A stretch of DNA of 64,000 nt, from assembly GCF_001447785.1 (NCBI RefSeq), contig NW_015175972.1:1840989-1904988 (forward strand), written 5' to 3'. Below, in pieces: positions 49,964-62,557 of the stretch. A program made the translations under genes and the position numbers. The first letter of the stretch is position 1, and every line of letters begins with the position of its first letter. Origin of the DNA: Gekko japonicus. Taxonomy: Eukaryota. Under the pieces are notes generated by a model. That model searched no databases. It saw only the letters and a program-made list of their open reading frames with translations, and was not told the DNA's origin.

Positions 49964-52900
49964 TAAGTCCCAATTATTTTCCAAAATGGAGTTGCTCATG
50001 ATACTGTACCCAGAAAGTGGTTAATAAATTTTTTTGTTACAGTGTGAAGAACAAGGAATAATAATTTAAAAAAACACGTCAGTCCCAGTAAGATGTAATA
50101 TCTGGCGAGACCTTTGTGATTTGAGGGCCACTCCACATGCTGCTTTCCTAAGGGTAATCCTGTGCCTAGTTTCTGATGGGAGAGAGAGGTGCTGCTGTGT
50201 ACACCCGAATTATTTGCCTGCTTCTAACACTGAATGCCTCTGATCTGAGTGACCAATTATTTATATACTGCCTTGTTGAAGCACCTAAGGCAGCTAACAA
50301 TTGAACCCCCAAAATACAATATAGCAGTAATTGAATCGGTGGTGGTGAGGAAGTAGCAGCAACCACCGCTTTAATTTATTCAAATTACACAAAAAATTAA
50401 AAATTCAGGATTCCTCTGGAAGATCTGTAGGGGTGGCACCAATCTCACCTAGGGGAGGGAATTCCAGAGTTAGGAGGAGAAATAGGTGAAAAGGCATTCT
50501 TATAGGTCCCTGCCAAAGTATCTTGCCCATAAGGAAAGATTCACCTATTGATTGCCAAGCCTGAACAGGTTAATAGGGGTTTCATGGAAGAAAACCACAC
50601 TTATTTTGCATTAGCTGGATGCAAGTCTCCTAGTATGGTACTGAAGAAGCCAAAGAGAGCAAGTGATTGAGTGTCAGGGCATGCAACCAATGCCTGTAGT
50701 ATTAACTTCAACATACATATTTTCCTGGGTCTCTGAAAATATGATTTGTCATTCAGGAATGATACATGCGTATACCTTTACTTGACATCTGGTCTCTCAT
50801 TCTCCAGCTCCTAAGTCTTCTTATTTCAGAATGCAGTTTGCACTGTCAAATTTATGAGATCTATTTTCCAAGCAAGACAGATAATGATCTGCCATGCAAA
50901 GAAGGCAGCTTTACAGGCAACCAATATGGGTAGGTCTTCTGTCCACATCAGTCAGCTATATACATAGGCTACCATCCTGATAGCACTTTCCTGGGATTAA
51001 GCCCCATTGATAAAACTGGACTTCTGAGTAGATCTGCTGAAGGTAGGTCCCGTTATGTCTAAACAGGCACAACGGAGAGTGTTTTTATGATGCATTTCAT
51101 TTAAGTACTCAAAAATATTTCTAAAGGTCATTAATACAGAAAGGTTGGTATTCTGGTGCATCACAGATGCTGTTTCAGTTTCAGGACAGCAGGAATATGA
51201 GGGGCAGAAAGGGACTTGATGAACAATGTAAATAAGTTGGAAAACCAGGAAAGTATATTGATTCTGGTACTGAAGTGGATTTTCTGATTGTCAGGCAGCT
51301 GTCATTGCACCAGTCATTGTACTGTCTTGCTGGTCCGGGATGGGCTTTTTCTACAAAAGCAGGAGCATCACCACCGTTTTGATTCCCCATGCTGACTGCT
51401 TTTTCTGAGAGCCTGTGTTTGCATGGCTTTGTCATTTGTTCCCATATTGATAATGTGTGTGTGAGCTGTGTGTGCCAACTGTGGCCATTCTCCAAAACCG
51501 TCTGCTTTTGTCGGTTGCCTGGTGAAGCCTTTGTGTTTACCACATTGCCTTCAAGGTTTTTGGAAGGGGGATAATGTATTCCTCTTAGCCTCTCCTGCAA
51601 GAAAGAATATTGTTAATGAAATGAGGCTCGCTCCGATATGCTTGAATCTGGTAGCATCCTGTGGCTTAGTGGCACAATTTTTGAAAGTTTAATCCAGCTG
51701 GGTGGAAAATGCAAATACTAGACTAAAATGGGTTTTTGATGGAAGCAAATGATTAAAGGAAAAAGACATATGTAATAATTTTTTTAATGAATGCACATAA
51801 AACTTTATATTAATTGCAGTGTGATGTTTTAAGTTAGGTGGACCACTTTCAGAAAGAACCCCTTCTCTAATAAATGCAACAGGGGATCTACCCAGGCTTC
51901 ACTTCTTGTTTATATGGTTTATTTTCAAATCGCCTTTGATCTGTGAACTTTGCCTCTTAAATCTCGTTCTGAAGCACCAGGGAATAGTCCAAGTAACCTT
52001 TCTGAGCCGAATTCAACTCTGTCAACATTTCAGTTCTCCATTCCTTGCCACTCACTATGTACAAAGTGTCGGGGGCAAAAGATTGATTCTCATATTTTTT
52101 GTGTTCGCTTCTATGAGTGAGGGATGTATAACATACTTTTGAAATTGAGAAAACCATTTTTTAAACAGTCAACTAAAAGAGGTGGCTCTTTAAGTTGGTG
52201 TTAAAGTGAAGACCAATCTATGTGCAAAATCTCCTTGAATAAATCTTGAGGTCAAGTATTCATTACTGGGGAAAATGATGAATTTCTTTTCCCATACCAT
52301 GGAGGAAAATTATTCTTCCCAATAACTACCTTGCATCGATACCAGGATGCTTGAGCTAGACAAGCGACATTTAGAACTCTTTCCCCCGTTTTGAACAGCC
52401 AGTCCCAACCTGACCATTCACTCCAGTACTTTGTATTTAGCTAGAAACAACTAATGCAGAAATTAAGTGTACACTTCCCGTCTTGTTTCCAAATGAATAT
52501 AAGTATGTGGCTCCCCCCAAAAAACCTCTCTGTGATGAATGGCTTTGCTGTGTGCTCCTAAGAAGTATACAGTTTTCTTTAGCTGCAAGTGGAGTTTGCT
52601 TGTTCTAGCAACTACTTAGGAGCACACATGTGAATCATGAAAAGGATGAATGTAAAGATCAGGTACACATACCCCCCTCCCCCAGATTCCTGACTGAAAT
52701 CAATCCACCTCTGGTGGAATGAGTAACCCTTTTCATTTTTAATTCAAGAATCTCTTTTAATTATGCTTTTCATGTTTAATAAACGGGAGGATTGCCTTAT
52801 GATGGTTGCTATGGTAAAGAGGGCCAAAGTCCCTTTATAGGCAAAACAAAACAAAAAGCCTCCCTAAACCTGCAATTAGCTGCTTCATGTTTATAAAACA

Positions 52901-53155
52901 GATAACAAGTGTTCTATTATTTTTCACTGGTGGCAGGCAACCTTCATTACAGCACAACAACAGAATATTTCTGGTGTGAAAGCACCTTACGTTTGGAAAG
53001 TTCACTTTTATTTATTCCTTTATAGCTGTAGTTACGAGGGTGCTTTTCTATATTGTTGCTGACAATGAAGGTACAGTGGGGATACAGATGAACTACTGTT
53101 GCTCTTTAAGCTAACACAGTCTGCTGGAAAAAGCTAGGAGATCTATGAGGGGATT

Positions 53156-55145
53156 GTTGTTGTTGTTCAGTCACACAGTCGAGTCCAACTTTTCGCGACC
53201 CCATGGATCATCTCCCGCCAGGCCCTCCTGTCTTCCGCCGTCTTCTGAAGTTGGCTCAATTTCATGTTCGTTGCATCGATGACACCGTCTAACCATCTCA
53301 TCCTTTGCCGTCCCCGTCTTCTTTGACCTTCAATCTTTCCCAGCATCAGGGTCTTCTCCAGGGAGTGCTCCCTTCTCATTTGGTGGCCAAAGTATTTGAG
53401 CTTCAGTTTCATTATCTGGCCTTCCAGGGAACAGTCAGGGTTGATTTCTTTTAGGATTGACTGATTTGATCTCCTTGCAGTCCAAGGAACTCTCAAGAGT
53501 CATCGCCTGCACCATAATTCGAAAGCATCTATTCTTCGGTGCTCGGCCTTCCTTATAGTCCAACTCTCGCAGCCACACATGACTACTGGGAATACCATTG
53601 CTTGGACCATGCGTATTTTTGTTGGCAGGGTGATGTCTCTACTTTTTATCATGCTGTTTAGGTTCGCCATCGCTTTCCTCCCAAGGAGCAGGCGTCTTTT
53701 AATTTCATGGCTGCAGTCACAGTCTGCGGTGATCTGGGATCCCAGGAACGTGAAGTCTGTCACTACTTCCACGACTTCCCCTTCTATTTGCCAAGGAGTG
53801 ATGGGGCCGGATGCCATGATCTTAGTTTTTTTGATGTTGAGCTTCAAGCCCACTTTTGCGCTCTCCTCTTTTACCCTGAGCAAGAGGCTCTTGAGGTCCT
53901 CTTCACTTTCTGCCATCAGAGTGGTATCGTCTGCATATCTGAGGTTGTTGATCTTTTCCCCAGCAATCTTAATTCCCGCTTGTGATTCATCCAGGCCAGC
54001 ATTTCGCATGATGTACTCTGCATATATATTAAATAAGCAAGGTGACAATATACATCCTTGTCGTACTCCTTTTCCTATGCTGAACCAATCAGTTGTTCCA
54101 TATCCGGTTCTAACTGTCGCTTCTTGGCCCTTATACAGGTTTCTCAAGAGACATGTGAGGTGGTCTGGTACTCCCATCTCTTTAAGGCCCTGCCATAGTT
54201 TGTTGTGATCCACACAGTCAAAGGCTTTAGCATAGTCAATGAAGCAGAAGTAGATATTTTTCTGGTACTCTCTTGCTTTTTCCATAATCCAGCGAATGTT
54301 GGCAATTTGATCTCTAGTTCCTCTACCTCTTCGAAACCCAGCTTGTACTTCTGGTAGTTCTCTATCCACGTACTGTTGAAGCCTAGCTTGTAGGATCTTG
54401 AGCATGACCTTGCTAGCGTGTGATATGAGTGCAATTGTGCGATAGTTTGAACATTCCTTGGCATTGCCCTTCTTTGGGATTGGAATGTATACTGACCTTT
54501 TCCAATCCTGTGGCCACTGTTGCGTTTTCCAAATTTGCTGGCAAATGGAGTGCAGCACTTTAACAGCATCATCTTCTAAGACTTTGAATAATTCAGCTGG
54601 AATACCATCACCTCCACTAGCTTTGTTGTTACTAATGCTTTCTAAGGCCCATTTAACTTCACATTCCAGGATGTCTGGCTCGAGGTCAGTGATTATACCA
54701 TCGTGGTTGTCAAGGACATCGAGGTCTTTCTTGTATAGTTCTTCTGTGTATTCTTGCCATCTTTTCCTAATCTCTTCTGCTTCTGTTAGGTCCCTACCGT
54801 TTTTGTCCTTTATCATGGCCATCTTTGCGTGGAACGCTCCCTTGATTTCTCCAATTTTCTTGAAGAGATCTCTAGTCCTTCCCATTCTATTGTTTTCTTC
54901 TATTACTTTGCACTGTTCATTCAGGAAGGCCTCCTTATCTCTCCTTGCTGTTCTCTGGAAATCTGCATTCAGTTGGGTAAATCTTTCCTTTTCGCCTTTG
55001 CCTTTCGCTTTCCTTCTTTCCTCTGCTATTTGTAAAGCCTCATCAGAAAGCCACTTTGCTTTCTTGCATTTCTTTTTCTTTCGGATGGTGGTGATTGCTG
55101 CTTCCTGTACAATGTCACGAACCTCTGTCCATAGTTCTTCAGGCA
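53156..55145 (-). mobile_element. BovB (RTE clade) LINE, 5'-truncated, near intact
   Basis: 548-aa and 109-aa ORFs in one frame, separated by a single TGA (53500-53502); RT motifs GVRQGCILSP and LRYADD; (CAA)n tail; 13-bp TSD CTATGAGGGGATT at 53143-53155 and 55146-55158. Confidence 0.95.
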
Positions 55146-56664
55146 CTATGAGGGGATTACAATTGCTTTATTTGGAATTGATAGTTTCCTACCTGTAGGC
55201 TTTTTTCAGCACAGACGTCTATATCTGACTTTACTATTACCCAACTTAGTGGGCCTATTTGGACATTTTCATTATAAAAATTAAATGCCCTGACCTGGAT
55301 GGAGCATGGACTCTAACCTGGGAAAACTGGGTTTGATTCTCCATGAGGACGCATCAAACGGGCACGATCATACTGCAACATCTGGGAAGCGTCACGCACC
55401 CGTCCCCGATCTGTCCCGTCGGTCTGAAAACGCGCATTGAAAGGTACTGGCAACAGAGCACTACCTTCTGGATGACACATGGCAACTCCAGGCGTCTGAT
55501 CGTGGAAGCGCTGGTAGCCCGTCGCAGCCAGCGCCATTCCCCATCCCACGCATGTGCACAAACGCACAACGTCCATTTTGCCGCATTATGTTTGATTGCC
55601 TGCCGAAGGCCGGAGCACGGAGCCACAGGGACACGTTGGATCATGCTACCGCGGTTCTTTTTGCTCCGGTTCTAATTTGCCTCCCTTCAGCGGTGCAGTA
55701 TCCCGCTCGTGTGACCGGGACCACAGTAAATCAACAAAGCATTATACCATCCATCTTTGTTACATAGATAATTAAAGGAGACCAATTACATGAGTCCCTA
55801 AGATTTCTTACCCCCAAAACAAGCAGGTCACAGGCAAGGAACGCTTTCTAAGAAGAAGCTCTCAGTCAATACAACTTCCCATATTTATAGGATTTTAAAA
55901 TCATCTAACAATCATCTCTTAATCAATCCCACCTGATGAGGGTCACATTCTTGGCTAGTTCATTATAACTTCAAACTCCATACAAGGTTATGTATATTTG
56001 AACAGCTTCTTAGAATATACAAGAAATGTTAGTTGATTCTTGCTACTTTTTAACTTAGCAAAGTCTATTTTAAAACAATAATGAGAAATTGTCACATGTG
56101 TATGAATATCTTTTGGCCCTCAACCAATATTCCCATCCTTGAATCATATCTTCACTTCTGTGAAGCTGGACATTCTTGTGATTCTCAGGGGATTCTGCAC
56201 TTGGGCTTCAACAAATAGTATCTACTGATAATGGGTTAGACAGCTTCTAATCTATACAGGGATGTATAATTGTTGCCACTCTGTCTTCTTATTTCCCTTC
56301 AAGGCTATTATGTTATGAGTCTTGGTATATTTTCCTGAGACGCCTGGTTTGTTCTGTTTATATGTGCCGCAACATCCTCTATGATCTTTTTTGGTCACCC
56401 AACAACTGTTTTCCTGTATTTCTGGCCATATCCATGACACATTCCTCCAAAGAGCTCAGGGAAGCACTGACCATCTCAATTTTCTCCTCACAACAACCCT
56501 AGGAGGTAGGTTAGGCAATGAGAGAATGTCAGACCCAAAATAAGACTTTGAGCCTGGGTCTACCAAGCTGTAGTCCAGTATTCTGTACTATCATACACTG
56601 ACTCTCATTCTAAACATAATTCTGTAGTTCTTCCAGTCCTATAGGTGAAGATCATAGCCATGGG

Positions 56665-56870
56665 CAGTGTTCCCTCTAAGCTGAGTTAATGTGAGCCAGC
56701 TCACAGTTTTTTAGTCTCCAGCTCACACATTGTTGTCTTAGCTCAGGAAGGAGGGCTCCAGAGCAAACTAATTTATGCAGTCGCCAAATTTCCTGCTCAC
56801 AGCTTTAATGCCAGTCGCTCACAAAGTAGAACTGTTGCTCACAGGATTCCATATTTTGGAGGGAACATTG
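56665..56870. mobile_element. hAT-type MITE (same family as 19573-19778)
   Basis: TIR cagtgttccctc / gagggaacattg; 8-bp TSD GCCATGGG at 56657-56664 and 56871-56878. Confidence 0.88.
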
Positions 56871-57902
56871 GCCATGGGGGGGGGGAGTTTGCAGGTAATT
56901 GATGGTCATTGTAATCTAATGAAGAGTTACTCTAATCCCATTTATTTCAAGGAGTTTAGATTGGCATAACGCAGCACAGGATTGTACTGCTAATCTTGCC
57001 TTCTTTCCTCAATTACAGGTAAAGGGATGTGTTTCAGTCGATAAATAGGTAAAATAATTGGATTGCCTCTCTCTAGAGGGGTATTGCAGAAGATTTTTCT
57101 AATTACATCAGTCCCTGAAACAAAGCTGATAGCAAACTTTTCTTTTTATAAGATATGTGGATTTGGATTATGGGCTGCACAGACCTGGTTTCTCTGTATA
57201 GATTACAAAATACAAAACACTACAGAGGGAATGACATCCAACAGACAATGCAGAAAGTAGATTACAAAGGTAGAAGATAATGCAGTAAAAGGATGATGAT
57301 GATGATAAGAACATTGTAGTAGACTTTGGTATAGTATATGTCTGACTCTTTTATAGGATTGACTATCCATCAGATGTATAGGTTTGATTGGTCTTTGCAG
57401 TGTTTCTAACAACAAGAGGTGGCTGATGACCCACAGGCACAAGGTCCATCATCCATATATCTAATTCTTAACATGGCCCCACCTATAGATTAAGACACAG
57501 ACTGGCACCATGAACAGACACAACCAATCTATCCACAAACTTGAGAAAGCTATAGGTTTGCAGAAAAATTAAAATAAAATACATGGGAGGGGGTTTGAAC
57601 TCCCATGAAATGAGAAGCGGTGACTGTACCTTTAAGAAATGAATGCTCTCAGTTGCCATGGGAGGGTTGCTAGGCAACCACAACAATATTGCCAGCCTTC
57701 TTGGTTTCTTCCAGTAAAAGGTAGGGGGAGGGGACAGGGCCTCTTCTAGGGCTGTTTTGCCCCCCTCCCAGTTCCCCTCCTTCCTGCCCATGATCAAGGA
57801 TGGACTCTTCAGGGTCAAGCACAGCAGCAACTACCAGACAACTTGATTCCATGCAACTTGCCCAGATGTGGCGGCTATGACATGCTGCTCCTCAACTTTC
57901 CT

Positions 57903-58120
57903 TAGGGTTGCCAACCTTCAGGTGGGGCCTGGAGATATTTTGGAATTACAACTCATCTCTAGACCAGAGAGGTTAGTTGCCCTGGAGGAAATGCCTGCCC
58001 TGGAGGGTGGACTCTATGACATTGTACCCTGGTGAAGTCCATCCTCTCCCCCAAACCTGCCCTATCCAGGCTCTACCTCTAAATCTCCAGGAATTTCCCA
58101 ACCTGGTGCTGGCAGCTCTA
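57903..58120. mobile_element. TAGGGTTGCC-type MITE
   Basis: tagggttgccaaccttcaggtggggcctggagat ... ctggcagctcta. Confidence 0.65.
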
Positions 58121-58704
58121 TTGCCTGGCCCACCAGCAGCTTCCACACAACTTGCATGATTTGCCTTGGCCCAGCAGTGGCCACCATTCAGCTCACTTGA
58201 GCAACTTGCTACTGCTTGACTTTTGCTACTTATCCAGACTTTTCTTAGGGGAAGGGAAGTCAGGCAGGCTATGAACCAGTGTAGTGTAACAGTTTGACCT
58301 GGAAGAGCCAGATGTGAATCCTTACTCTGCCATGGAGCTTGCTGTGTGACATTAGGCCAGTGACTCTCTCTCAGTGTAACCTACCTTAAAGGTTGTTGTA
58401 CAGATACAACAGAGGTGAACAATGCAAGCTTATTTTACGTCCCCATTGAAGATAAAGGTGGGGTATAAATGAATAATAAAGTTGAAGAAGTGGGGTGCAG
58501 ATAAAAGCAAGCAGATTGGTTGGTGAGTAGGAGAGAAGGAATTGGGGGAAAAGGGAGAGCATTGAGGAGGGATGCCAGGAACCTGGAAAGAAAGAGAAAA
58601 TGGTGTGGGAAAGGGTTTACAGGGACAAAATGCAGTGACTCCCCACAAGTTGTTGCAGATTCCCAACTTGGATGGATATAGTACCCACATGCAAAACCCA
58701 AAGA

Positions 58705-58928
58705 GTTTCTGTGGTCATGTGGCCGGCATGACTAAACACCAAGGCACATGGAACGCTGTTACCTTCCCACCGAAGTGGTACCTATTTATCTACTTGCAAT
58801 TTCTTGCTTTCGAACTGCTAGGTTGGCAGGAGCTGGAACTAGAGACGGGAGCTCACTCCATCACGCGGGTCTCGAACTGCTGAACTACTGACCTTTCACA
58901 GCCTGCAGTTCAGCGTCTTAACCACCGC
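58705..58928 (-). mobile_element. Sauria SINE, partial
   Basis: gtggtcatgtggccggcatgactaaacacc...cagcgtcttaaccac, matching the other Sauria copies. Confidence 0.85.
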
Positions 58929-59339
58929 ACATTTAACAGGCTGTTAACACTTCAATAAAAAGACAAAGTACTGCCTTTATGTCATTTTTTTTGTTTTTTG
59001 CTTGGTGCGTGTATGTGTGGGTGGGGTGTCCGTGGGTATTCTGATATTGTTGTGTACTTTGTAGGCAGTAGCAGATTTTAAAGTTAAGAACCGCTGTGTC
59101 TGAATAAAAACTTGCTAGGAGCCTCAGGATTCCTGTTCGTGTTCTTCACTGCCAGTCGGCTACAGCTTGCAAACGAAACAGGCTCAAATTCCCATGTGAC
59201 GCCTGTCTGGCTTCGGACCAATGACTGGGGCAAACGTGAGGCACTACTACATACGTTGGCAAACAAAACAAGGGTCCAGTGGCACTTGAAAGGCTAACAC
59301 AATTTATTCCATCGTAAGCTTTCGAAAATTCTCGCTGTC

Positions 59340-59564
59340 CTCTCCTTGCACGTTTGGTTGCCGTTTGGCGGACCACAGCATCCTTAAAAGAGAGCGCTCT
59401 ACCAGGAAGACTACACTTCCCAACATGCATCCCGACCGGCCTCCAACAAACCGCCGCACAATTGGGCGCTGCTTCACAAGATCGAGTGGAGTGAAGAGTG
59501 TAGCTCTTGACTTCTGCACCACACCGTGTAAAGGGACGTGGGCTGGGGTGATTCTTTTGGTACT
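59340..59564 (+). promoter_or_regulatory. CHCHD6 promoter / 5' UTR with ZNF143 (Staf) motif
   Basis: Local CpG enrichment; ACTACACTTCCCAACATGC at 59410-59428 matches the ACTACAnnTCCCA promoter motif; ATTGG at 59461. Confidence 0.7.
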
Positions 59565-59654
59565 ATGGGGGGCAATGAGAGTAGTCTGGGTAGCAGGAAG
59601 GTCTCCTTCGAGCTGGACGAGCACGAGCGAGTGCGGGTATTGCAGGGTATCAGG
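59565..59654 (+). CDS. CHCHD6: CHCHD6 (MICOS subunit MIC25) coding exon 1
   Basis: [30 protein letters not shown] then AGG|GTAAGT. Matches the human MIC25 N-terminus as recalled ([29 protein letters not shown]) better than MIC19. N-myristoylation motif MGxxxS. Exon 2 was not found in the window. Confidence 0.88.
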
Positions 59655-60990
59655 GTAAGTAAGTAGGGATGAGAAACGGAGCTGGGAAGGGAGATTAGCG
59701 GGCATCCTACAGGGGTCCAGGACAGTGTGGGGCTGGCGTTCGAAAAGCAGCGATTACAACATCTGTGCTTGAGGAATGCTGGGGGAGGGCACTATATTTG
59801 GGGAGTAGAGGACTGAAGCGATCTTGTGACTATGTTTGTTTTACTCAGGAACAAAAAACCTCCCTGTCCCCAAGCTTTTAAATGTATTTACCTACTTTAA
59901 AATAATCCTCAGCCTTTTCAGTATTGGATATTTATTATGGCAATAAATCTGTTCACTCATGACCAGAACTCTTGATTATTTTTAATAGGAGACCATCGTG
60001 GTTTAGGAAAGGCCTGATGCCAAATTAGATCGCCTGATGGCTTTATTGCTAATGCAGATCTACAGCCTGAAGTTTGCAATGCACTTCCCTGCTCTGTGAG
60101 CAAAGGCCTTTCAGTGGCCCCACCCTGCTGATGTGGAACTAAATCTCTATATGACCTGGTTCAAAACGTCATATAACTGAATTTGGATTTGAAATTCGGG
60201 TCTATATCCAAAACAGTATTCATTATGTTTAGAAGGTAACCAAGGAAAGAAAGCTGACTCAGATTTAAGTTTGTTAAGATAAAAGTTTAAGAAGTGATGG
60301 ACCAGTAGAGAGAGCCCTTGCTGCGCTTTGCAGTTTTGTAGCACTAGGGATGTTTTGCATTAGAGTATTCATTTATCAGTGAAATAAATGATTGGAATTC
60401 TCAAAATAATGCAAACATAGGGAATGGGAGAGAACACTGTCATGTTGTCACTAAATGCAGTTGACACCCCTACAAGTATACTCCATATGGCTATCATAAT
60501 AGCAATTCATGTACTATCTGGAGAAAGCATTTAATTGTCCAACTGACCTTCCTGTATAATTAGATCTAGCACTGGATGTGCAATGTAGTACTAGATCTGA
60601 TTAGGTCTTGAGCTCCTACTGTCAAAGAGATTAGTCTGTAACCAATACTTTTTTATTTTGCTAGGCTCCAGCAAGATGTTTAGTGATAATGATACATCTG
60701 TCTGCATTGTTGTGTACCAGTATTAACATAATGGCAAACACCAACTGGCAAATCAATCATTAATCCCTGTAGGGTTTACATTTGCCCATTTTGGGCAGTA
60801 TTTGTAAAAGTAAAGAATGATTTGGATTTAAACAATATTATTTGCTTGTTAATTGATTAATATCCACTTCTCTGCATTCAGCACAATAATACTAGCTAAG
60901 GGAAAATGTTTAAACGCTTAGTCAGCTCCTTGTATATAGTAGATGACTCTGAAGCATAAAAAGCTGGACAGTGTTCCAGGTACTACTTAC

Positions 60991-61016
60991 AGGAGGAGGA
61001 GGAGGAGGAGGAGGAA
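60991..61016. repeat. (GGA)n microsatellite
   Basis: aggaggaggaggaggaggaggaggaa. Confidence 0.9.
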
Positions 61017-61334
61017 GTAGAATAAATAGAGGAATAAAAGAAGTAGTGAAAACAGCAGAGAAAAGGGCAGGAGAAAGGCAGAGAGAGGGAAAATCAGCTT
61101 AATGGGAGCAAGATATTCTTTATTAGTCACCATTTTTTGGTCACGAAACAGTGTTGAGTACCAATTTTAATACCTTTTTATAATGTGCTATCCCCTTGGG
61201 ATTTCTGATCTCCTTGTGTTACCCCATACTAGAGTTGCCAGGTCCCCTTTGGCCACGAGCAGGGGATGGCGGGGTAGGAATGCCAGATCTGGGCTTGGAA
61301 ACTCCTGGAGATTTGAGGGTGGAACTTCCTACCA

Positions 61335-61625
61335 CGGGATGTGATCATGGCTGCCAGCTTGGAAGGCTTTAAAAGGGGAGTGGACAAATTCATGGAGGAC
61401 TGGGCTATCAATGGCTAGTAATCCTGATGAATATGTACCCTCTCTAGTATCAGGGGTAGTATGCCTCTTTAAATCAGTTGCTGGGGAGCACAGGAAGGAT
61501 GATGCTGTTGCAGTCTTCCTGTTGGTGGGCTTCCTAGATGTAGCTGGTTGGCTGCGGTGCGAACAGAATGCTGGACTAGATGGGCCTTTGATCTGGTCCA
61601 ACATGGCTCTTCCTATGTTCTTAAT
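61335..61625 (+). mobile_element. CR1 LINE 3' end
   Basis: ggctttaaaaggggagtggacaaattcatggag...gctggactagatgggcctttgatctggtccaacatggctcttcctatgttctta. Confidence 0.75.
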
Positions 61626-62336
61626 CCTGTCGCTGTGTGTACACATGCGCGCATACACACACATTTCCTGATATGCTTCAGCTTACAGAAAGGAGTGGGG
61701 TTTTTTTGGGGGGGGGGAGAAAGACTATATAAAAATAAGAACTATGAATTTGTCATTCTATTCTGGGGAAACTGGCCAACTCACAGTCACCCTGCAGTCG
61801 TCATCACCATCATCTCTAACAAGCGATGTCTCTGTCTCTGCTGCCCTGCTTACAGAGATCTTTTAGCTACCATTTGTATATTTATCCTCTGCTGGTATAC
61901 ATATGTGTGTTAACACTTCATTGTATAGTTGTAGTCTGTATTATTAGGGTAACCCACTGGCCTTACAACCAGGGTTTAAAATGCAACTTATATGGGCCAT
62001 TGTAGCACAGTTAAAACATGTATGATTAGGCCTTATGCTTTGAAATGTACCATTGTGAGACAGTCTGGGCAATGTGTCATCCTCTCAACTTGTCCAGGGT
62101 ACTTAAAACAGCAGCGGAAAATCTGCCATGTAGTGGATGGCATGGCATACCCGCCAAATGGTCCTCAGAACAATATCAAGGGAGCTTCTTTAAAATCAGT
62201 GTTTGGTAGACTTAGAGATGAGTTCAAAAAAATGGTACATTTTTGAGTGTTGAAATGAGCAACCAAACTGGGTAGTGGCATGAATGGCTTCCTAAATGTT
62301 ATGATCAAAATGGACCCACTAAAAGTCAGGAATAAG

Positions 62337-62557
62337 CAGGTTTGCCAACCTCCAGGTGGGGCCTGGAGATTTTCCAGAATTACAACTGATGACCAGACCA
62401 TAGACATCCGTTCCCCTGGAGAAAGTGGGTGGTTTGGATGGTGGACTCTATAGCATTACACGAAGCTTAAGCCATTTCCCTCCCTGCACCCTGCAGTATC
62501 CCAGGATCTACCCCCCCCCAATCTTCAGGAATCCCCCCACCTGGAGTTGGCAACCCT
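62337..62557. mobile_element. TAGGGTTGCC-type MITE
   Basis: caggtttgccaacctccaggtggggcctggagat ... gagttggcaaccctg. Confidence 0.7.

Noticed and set aside
53579-55198. Plus-strand ORFs of 209 and 246 aa
   Set aside because: Antisense shadows of the BovB reverse transcriptase frame.
55345-55725. CpG-rich segment with weak terminal symmetry, possibly a promoter or MITE
   Set aside because: No clean TIR, TSD, splice donor or promoter motif found; probably a DNA-transposon remnant but cannot be supported.
55758-56439. Possible TG...CA solo LTR
   Set aside because: No matching TSD and no second copy in the window.
60665-60726. Acceptor-like site (ttttattttgctag) as candidate CHCHD6 exon 2
   Set aside because: No frame gives the expected MIC25 continuation, and stops follow quickly.
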